The notes below the pieces were generated by a model. The model did not search any database. It was not told the DNA's origin and was given only the letters and a program-made list of their open reading frames with translations. Below are positions 57,991-64,000 of a stretch of DNA of 64,000 nt, one piece after another. The position numbers and the translations under genes are program-made. The stretch's first letter is position 1. The number at the start of each line of letters is the position of its first letter. The DNA lies in contig CBDCVR010000014.1 of assembly GCA_965223155.1 (NCBI GenBank), positions 416,001 to 480,000 on the forward strand, given 5' to 3'. The stretch is from Candidatus Multivoradales bacterium. Lineage in GTDB: Bacteria; Acidobacteriota; Thermoanaerobaculia; Multivoradales; JAHEKO01.

Positions 57991-58986
57991 GTGCAAAAAG
58001 CTCGCCTTGGCCGCACCGGCGTCGAGGTGTCGACCATCGGGCTCGGAACCTGGGCCTACGGCGGATCGCGAAGCGTCAAAGGCCACGCCGTGGGCTGGTC
58101 GGGACACGATGACGGGGCCGCGCGCGAGGCAGTCGTCGCGGCCTTCGAATCAGGCATCGACCATTTCGACACCGCCGACGTGTACGGCGACGGCCAGGCC
58201 GAGGCCTTGCTGGGAACGGTCTGGGACCGCATCCCGCGGGACACCGTCTTTCTGGCCAGCAAGGTGGGTTGGGATCCGGCCGGCCAACCTCACTTCTTTC
58301 ATCCGGAGACCATCCGGACCCGGCTGGAGCGCTCGCTCCGGTTGCTCGACACCGACCGCATCGACCTCTTTTACCTCCACCACTGTGACTTTGGTCCCGA
58401 GGATCGGCATCTAGAACCGGCGCTGGCGACCCTGCAGAAGCTGCGCGACCAGGGCAAGTTCCGCTTCCTGGGGCTGTCGGACTGGAGCTCGGCCAAGGTT
58501 CGGCGCCTGGCCGACAGGGTGGACCCCGACGTCGTCCAGATCTTCCGAACCGTGGTCGATGACGGGTACCGAACGAGCGGACTGGCGGATTGGGTTCACC
58601 GCCGGGACCGGGGCGCCGTCTTCTTCTCGCCGCTCAAACACGGCGTCCTGCTGGGCAAGTATCTCGAGCCGATGAGCTTTCCGGCTGGCGACATCCGCAA
58701 CAACCTGCCGGAGCTTCAGGACGGCGCGACCCTGCGCCGCCTCGCCGGCTGCCGCGCCGCCGTCGAGCGCCGCTTCCCGGATCATCCGCAGCCCGTGCTC
58801 CAGGCCTTGACTGGCGCGCTTCTTGCCGACGCGCCATCGGCGTCGGTCCTGGTCGGCCAGCGCAACCCCGAGCAGGCCCACGCCGCCGGCAGCCTGGGGA
58901 GGCCCTTGGACGAGGACGAGGCCAAGTGGGTCCGGAGTCTCTACTCGGAGGCGCTGGGCTCTTCTTCGGCCGCGGCGGACCCCTGA
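57991..58986 (+). CDS. Aldo/keto reductase
   Basis: LG.TG..VS.IGLG.W, FDTADVYGDG, ASKVG, SL..L.TD.IDL..LH. Confidence 0.92.
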   Translation: MQKARLGRTGVEVSTIGLGTWAYGGSRSVKGHAVGWSGHDDGAAREAVVAAFESGIDHFDTADVYGDGQAEALLGTVWDRIPRDTVFLASKVGWDPAGQPHFFHPETIRTRLERSLRLLDTDRIDLFYLHHCDFGPEDRHLEPALATLQKLRDQGKFRFLGLSDWSSAKVRRLADRVDPDVVQIFRTVVDDGYRTSGLADWVHRRDRGAVFFSPLKHGVLLGKYLEPMSFPAGDIRNNLPELQDGATLRRLAGCRAAVERRFPDHPQPVLQALTGALLADAPSASVLVGQRNPEQAHAAGSLGRPLDEDEAKWVRSLYSEALGSSSAAADP

Positions 58987-59918
58987 GCCTCCTCGATCTC
59001 AAGGTACCAGCTCGGTAGATCGAGTCCGGCCGACAGTCGCCAGGCACTCAGAAACAGGTCCGCGGTCAGCCGGATCGAAGCCTCGATCCGTTCCCTGGCA
59101 AACGCCAAGACCGGGGCCGGGAGGTCTTCCTGGCCCTCCTCGAGTGCCAGGGCCGGCTCGAGCTCGTAGACCCGGGGCACGAGAGCATGGCTCTCCGCGA
59201 ACGCCTCTTCGATCGCCCGGCGAGGCTTGGCATGGGCGCGGACCGTCACGGCCGCCACCTCGGGCACTTCGCCCAGACGGTACAGGTGGGTCGCCAGGGC
59301 GTCGGCGTGCTGGTGAATGCCGGTATGGGGCGAGGAACCGTCGGGCAGAGTGCGTCCGTTGTAGTGCACCGTAGTGTGCAACGGTTGGCACAGGTCCGCG
59401 GAGTAGTGGGCCAGGACGCCGGCCAAGTAGAGCACCCGCTGCCGGGCCCAGGCATCCTCGGGATCCAAACGGTGCTGCGCGAACGCCGCCGCCAGCTTTT
59501 GCATGCCCTCGAGGACCGAATACGGCAACGTACCCGCCTGGATCGTGGTCAGCTCCAGCCGCGCCAGCAGCAGCAGGTACTCGCTCCGGCGTTCAGGCCA
59601 GGTGGCGCCGCGCAAGAGCTCCGAATCGAGGTAGTGCGCTGGGGTCTCAGCGTCGCGCAACTGCGGCAGGTCGCGCAACCGGTAGTAATCGGGATCGATC
59701 GCCGAGCGGCCGACCTCGCGCAAACCCGATCGGAAAAACTCCGGCACCTCTTCGGGCAGTGCCGAGACCGCGGACGCGGCGATCTTGGCGTGCGCGCCGG
59801 CGTTCCAGGCCGACAGCGGACCGGCCGCGGCCAAGACCAGCGCGGCGGTGACGGCTACGCTCATGCGGGCGGCTCGCGGCCGAAGGGCCGGCCTCCGGGC
59901 TAGTCGGTCTCTCCTCAC
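58941..59918 (-). CDS. S1/P1 nuclease / zinc-dependent phospholipase C-like protein
   Basis: Signal peptide then mature W...H, PD, HYLD, HY.AD..QPLH.T, H; start at 59918 or 59864. Confidence 0.75.
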   Translation of the reverse strand: MRRDRLARRPALRPRAARMSVAVTAALVLAAAGPLSAWNAGAHAKIAASAVSALPEEVPEFFRSGLREVGRSAIDPDYYRLRDLPQLRDAETPAHYLDSELLRGATWPERRSEYLLLLARLELTTIQAGTLPYSVLEGMQKLAAAFAQHRLDPEDAWARQRVLYLAGVLAHYSADLCQPLHTTVHYNGRTLPDGSSPHTGIHQHADALATHLYRLGEVPEVAAVTVRAHAKPRRAIEEAFAESHALVPRVYELEPALALEEGQEDLPAPVLAFARERIEASIRLTADLFLSAWRLSAGLDLPSWYLEIEEAQGSAAAEEEPSASE

Positions 59919-60259
59919 TTGGAGTTCGGATCCGACTCCGGCACCGTCATCGGCACCGGAAACTGCATCAGGTTCGCTTCGCCCTTCTCAGCCTTGCGGA
60001 TCCTCGCGGTGCCGCGCTTTTCGACTTCTTCGATGCGCAGGATCGAGTGCATCGGCAGGTACAGGCGGCGCACTCCCTGGAACTCCGTCTTGAGCCGCTC
60101 TTCGGAAGGGTCCACCACGATCTCGGTGCGCTCGCCGAAGAGCAGTCCGTCCACCTCGACGAATCCGAGCATTCCGCCCTGGCCGACGCCCTCGGAATAG
60201 ATCTCATAGACCTGGCCTTGCTGCAAGAACGTGATCCGGTAGACGTGGCCGTCGGACAT
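59915..60259 (-). CDS. DUF1820 family protein
   Basis: YRITF..QG.VYEIY, GF.EV, VVDPSEERLK.EF.GV...Y.PMHS..RI.EV. Confidence 0.88.
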   Translation of the reverse strand: MSDGHVYRITFLQQGQVYEIYSEGVGQGGMLGFVEVDGLLFGERTEIVVDPSEERLKTEFQGVRRLYLPMHSILRIEEVEKRGTARIRKAEKGEANLMQFPVPMTVPESDPNSK

Positions 60260-60383
60260 CGGAAAAACCCTAGCACAGCGATCCCGGCCATCGATTCTCC
60301 GAGGCCCTGTGCGGATCAGGTCCCGATCCGGACGGATCGGGACCTGATCAGGCCCGAATCCGAATCAGGCCCGAATGGACAAA

Positions 60384-60941
60384 TCAGGACGGCGAGCTAC
60401 GGTTGCCGATGTCGAGAGCAATCTTCCACGATCCGTCGGCCTGCCGCTTCCAGACCGTGACGTAGCGGCCGGAAATGTCGGCGCCGCCGACCCGTGTACG
60501 GTATTCGCCGTAGGTCACGGCCAGATCGCCGCTCTCGGCGACATCGGCGCCCAACGGGGCCCAGTCAAACCGAAATTCCGGGTCCGCGAACGCCGGACCG
60601 AATAGCTCCTCGATCGACCTCCGGCCTCGTGTCACCGGGCCGTCTGCCGGCAGCACCGCGCCGTCCTCCGCGAAAGCCTCGACCCAAGCCGCCAGCCCCT
60701 GGACCCCCACGCGCTCGGAAAGCTGCCGGTCCCGGGCCAGAACCTCGGCCTCGAGATCGGCGGTCAGGTCGGAAACCAACACGCCGCCGCTTTCGGACCC
60801 GGACTCGATCCCGGCGCCCTCATCCCGTCCACAGCCGCCCGTGGCAAGCACGGCAAGCAGCATCGCACAGGCGTAGACGCCCCCTCCAAGAGGCCAAAAT
60901 CGAGATCGACTGAAGCCGGGACGCGACACGAGCCGGCGCAT
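60384..60941 (-). CDS. SnoaL/DUF4440 (YybH-like) lipoprotein
   Basis: Lipobox-like GGC, FA.D, SGDLA...G.Y, G.Y.TVWKRQ.DG.WKI..D; start uncertain. Confidence 0.8.
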   Translation of the reverse strand: MRRLVSRPGFSRSRFWPLGGGVYACAMLLAVLATGGCGRDEGAGIESGSESGGVLVSDLTADLEAEVLARDRQLSERVGVQGLAAWVEAFAEDGAVLPADGPVTRGRRSIEELFGPAFADPEFRFDWAPLGADVAESGDLAVTYGEYRTRVGGADISGRYVTVWKRQADGSWKIALDIGNRSSPS

Positions 60942-60967
60942 GGTACCACCGCCAAAACCTCGCCATG

Positions 60968-60995
60968 TGAAACTTCGCCTCGTCCTTTGCCGTCT
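60968..60995 (+). promoter_or_regulatory. ECF sigma (SigW-like) promoter
   Basis: TGAAAC-N17-CGTCT immediately upstream of the RBS of the DUF4097 gene. Confidence 0.6.
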
Positions 60996-61003
60996 TAGGA
61001 GTC

Positions 61004-61789
61004 ATGAGAACGACACGAGCTTTCCCCATCCTGGCGCTGCTGGCGCTGACCGTCACCGCTCCGTCTTGGGCCGCCACGGCAACCGACGTTTTCGAGCGCG
61101 AGTACGACTTCCGGCCCGGCGGCTCGATCCAGGTCGGCACCACCAACGGCAACATCGAGATCACCACTTGGGACCGCTCGGTCGTGGCTGTGCGCGCGGT
61201 CAAGAAGGCGCGGGCGACCGGCGAACGGATTGCCGAGGACCTGCTGGAAAGGACCCAGATCGAGATCGAGGCCGGTCCGGACCGCATCGAGATCACCACC
61301 CGGCTGCCCCGCCGGGAAGGCCTCGGCTGGCTATTTCGCGGCCCCGGATCGGCATCGGTACGGTACGAGCTGCGGGTTCCGCGTGAGGTCTCCCTCGACT
61401 TGACCACGGTCAACGGCAAGATCCGCGCCCACGGCGCCCATGGAACGCTTGAGGCCCGCACCACCAACGGATCGATCGACGTCGTGGACGCGGCCGGAAG
61501 CGCCCGGGCGCGCACTACCAACGGAGCCATCGACGTCGAGCTCAAGGAAGTCGATGAGAACGCGGATCTTCGCTTCGCGTCGACCAACGGCGGCATCCGG
61601 GTGACCTTGCCAGAGACGATCGCAGCCTCGGTCGAAGCGAGCACGACTAACGGCTCGATCACCACGGATTTTCCGATTCGCGTCCAGGGCCGGCTCAACC
61701 GGCGCCGGCTCAACGGAGAGATCAACGGCGGCGGCGGACGGCTCGAGCTGCGAACGACCAACGGACCGATCGAGATCCTCGAGTTCTGA
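61004..61789 (+). CDS. DUF4097 beta-strand repeat protein
   Basis: Signal peptide, repeated TTNG.I motifs. Confidence 0.9.
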   Translation: MRTTRAFPILALLALTVTAPSWAATATDVFEREYDFRPGGSIQVGTTNGNIEITTWDRSVVAVRAVKKARATGERIAEDLLERTQIEIEAGPDRIEITTRLPRREGLGWLFRGPGSASVRYELRVPREVSLDLTTVNGKIRAHGAHGTLEARTTNGSIDVVDAAGSARARTTNGAIDVELKEVDENADLRFASTNGGIRVTLPETIAASVEASTTNGSITTDFPIRVQGRLNRRRLNGEINGGGGRLELRTTNGPIEILEF

Positions 61790-61826
61790 CGGACCGCAGG
61801 GGCGCCTCCCCGCCGGGTGCCCGGCG

Positions 61827-61862
61827 CGATCCGAGGGTCGATCTGAGGGTCGATCCGAGGCT
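61827..61862. repeat. 12-bp tandem repeat CGATC(C/T)GAGGGT, about 3 copies
   Basis: Seen directly in the intergenic region. Confidence 0.7.
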
Positions 61863-62029
61863 CCGCGACCCCCGGCACCACGACCCGAGCAAGCTCGGCC
61901 GGCGACGGCGGCGGGTAGTCGGGACCGCGACCCTGCGACCGATGCCGGGGCCCCTCGAGGCCCTTCCGCAACTTCCTCCGTAATTGGCCGCCCCTGGACG
62001 CTGGGTTATGCTGCGAGGCGAGCATCCTC

Positions 62030-63910
62030 ATGCCGCAATCCCAGACCCAGCCGGCGTCCGAGTCCACTCTCGCCAGCCAGATTTTTCTGGCCCAGAGCCG
62101 CGTTCTGGAGCAGGTGGCGAGCGGCGAGGAGCTGGACAGCGTCCTCGACGGCTTCTGCGAGCACCTGGAGCCGCTTTTTGCGGGCTCGATGGCTTGCATC
62201 ACCTCGATCGTCCCGAGTACCCAGGCTCTCAAGGTCCTGGCGGCGCCATCCCTGCCGGAAGCGTTTCGCTCGTGCATTGAGGGCTTGGTCGTGGGGCTGG
62301 CGCCCGGGACCTGCCCGGCGGCCGCCTACGGCAACGAGACCGTCTTCTCCGAGGACATTGCTCAGGACGGACTCTGGGAGGGACTTCGCCAGGAAGCCCT
62401 CGGAGCCGGCCTGGGAGCCTGCTGGTCGGTGCCGGTTCGCGGCGTGCGTTGGGCGGAGCAGGCCGGCCAGCGCGACGAGGTCATCGTGCTCGGCACCGTG
62501 GGCCTCTATTTCCCCGAGCCACGCAAGCCCACCTCGACCGAAAGCAACGCGCTCGAGATGGCAGCGGCGCTGGTCGGGCTGACCATCAACGCCGCACGCA
62601 CCCAAGAGCGCATCGGCAAGACGCAGTTCTTCGACTCGGTCACCGAGCTGCCCAACCGGCGGGTGTTCGGCCGCCAGCTCAAGCAGGCGCTCGAGACCAT
62701 GAGTCCCAGGGACGACAAGCTCGCGATTCTGCTAGTGGATATCGACCATTTCAAGGAAGTCAACGACACGTTCGGCTACGCGGTCGGGGATTTTCTCCTG
62801 CAGAGCGTCGCTCAGCGGCTGGTCGGCCAGCGCCGGCCCGAGGATCTCCTGGCCCGATTCGGCGACGACGAGTTCGCGTTCCTGATCGGCGAGGTCGGTT
62901 CCAGCGAGGACGTCAAGGCGGTGGCCAAGGAGGTTCTGTCAACGGTCTCCGCGCCCTATGACTTCGGTGGCCAGCAGCTCGCCATCTCGGCGAGCATCGG
63001 CGGCAGCATCTATCCATGGGACGGCGAGGACGCCCAGACCTTGTTGCGGAATTCCGAAAACGCCCTCCTGACCGCCAAGCGCCAGGGCCGCGGCCACTAC
63101 CGGCTGTACGCCCCGACCATGGGCGGCTACGCCTTCGAAAAGCTGCAGCTCAAGATGGCTCTGGGTTATGCGCTCGAGAACGAGGAAATGCGGGTCCGCT
63201 ATCAACCCAAGGTCTCGAGCCAGGGGCACGAGATCACGGGCGCCGAAGCGCTGGTCTACTGGGAGCATCCCGGCATGGGAATCGTCAGCCCGGCCAAGTT
63301 CATCCCAATCGCCGAAGAAACGGGACTCATCATCGCCCTCGGCGAGTGGGTGTTACGCACTGCCTGCCGGCAGGCCCAACAATGGCGGGCTCAGAGCGAT
63401 CTCTCGATCGCGGTCAACATCTCCGCCATCCAATTCCGGGAAGCGGGCTTCGTCGACAGCGTCGCCAACATCCTCAAGGAGACCGGTATCAAGCCTTCTG
63501 CGGTGGAGCTCGAGATTACCGAGACCGTGGCTATGAACGAGGTCGAAAAGACCCTGGAACGAATGCACGAGTTGCACGATCTGGGCGTGCACATCGCCAT
63601 CGACGACTTCGGCACCGGCTACTCGTCGCTGGCCTACTTGAAGCGCTTCCCCATCCACACCTTGAAGATCGACAAGTCGTTCGTGCTCAAGACCCCGCAG
63701 GATCAAGACGACAAGGCCATCGTCAAGGCGGTCATCGCGCTGGCTCATTACCTGGGCCTCAAGGTGGTCGCCGAGGGCGTCGAGACCGCCGAGCAGGCCA
63801 GTTATCTGCGCGAAGAAGGCTGCGAGATCTTGCAGGGTTTCCACTTTTCGAAGCCGATCTCACCGGCCGACTTCGAATCCTTGCTACGCCTCGGCTTCGC
63901 GGCGGCCTAG
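62030..63910 (+). CDS. GAF-GGDEF-EAL c-di-GMP metabolism protein
   Basis: GAF domain; D..T.LPNR, DIDHFK.VND..G, GDDEF; EAL, ELEITE, DDFGTGYSS, KIDKSF, AEGVE, QG. Confidence 0.93.
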   Translation: MPQSQTQPASESTLASQIFLAQSRVLEQVASGEELDSVLDGFCEHLEPLFAGSMACITSIVPSTQALKVLAAPSLPEAFRSCIEGLVVGLAPGTCPAAAYGNETVFSEDIAQDGLWEGLRQEALGAGLGACWSVPVRGVRWAEQAGQRDEVIVLGTVGLYFPEPRKPTSTESNALEMAAALVGLTINAARTQERIGKTQFFDSVTELPNRRVFGRQLKQALETMSPRDDKLAILLVDIDHFKEVNDTFGYAVGDFLLQSVAQRLVGQRRPEDLLARFGDDEFAFLIGEVGSSEDVKAVAKEVLSTVSAPYDFGGQQLAISASIGGSIYPWDGEDAQTLLRNSENALLTAKRQGRGHYRLYAPTMGGYAFEKLQLKMALGYALENEEMRVRYQPKVSSQGHEITGAEALVYWEHPGMGIVSPAKFIPIAEETGLIIALGEWVLRTACRQAQQWRAQSDLSIAVNISAIQFREAGFVDSVANILKETGIKPSAVELEITETVAMNEVEKTLERMHELHDLGVHIAIDDFGTGYSSLAYLKRFPIHTLKIDKSFVLKTPQDQDDKAIVKAVIALAHYLGLKVVAEGVETAEQASYLREEGCEILQGFHFSKPISPADFESLLRLGFAAA

Positions 63911-64000
63911 GCATCGACCCCAGAGGAACTCGGATCGCGCCGGCACCTGGAAACAAAAGTCAATCCGGGGGGCCCGCTCCGGTGCTATCGTCCGGCCGGC

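Noticed and set aside
60315-60390. Short degenerate repeats (ATCAGGCCCGAAT x2)
   Set aside because: Overlap the low-complexity end of a gene and intergenic DNA, with no supportable function.

Overview
High-GC bacterial window. Its gene content (Oar-type TonB-dependent receptor, GWxTD-VWA protein, TIGR02266-type PilZ-like protein, DUF4097) suggests Acidobacteriota; this is inference. The main discovery is a candidate glyco-RiPP locus at ~11.9-23.7 kb. Its core is a 50-aa ORF missing from the ORF track (14043-14195, minus) with a strong RBS and its own sigma70 promoter. The peptide has a twin-arginine motif, an FxxPxV putative RRE-binding leader motif and an AxA site followed by the core QPNTT. 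It lies between a PqqD/RRE + HprK-related kinase and a SunS-like GT2-TPR, surrounded by GT4, GT32-like and GT10 glycosyltransferases, an NTP_transf_5 nucleotidyltransferase and PAPS genes, with no lasso cyclase or leader protease. Also present: a TetR-hcrCAB-like molybdoenzyme operon with its operator, a hidden ArsC-family selenoprotein with a SECIS-like hairpin, infC with an ATA start, a TPP riboswitch before thiC, several leaderless promoters, two frameshifted genes and a ~70-bp tandem duplication. Family assignments come from motif recognition by eye; no database searches were run.
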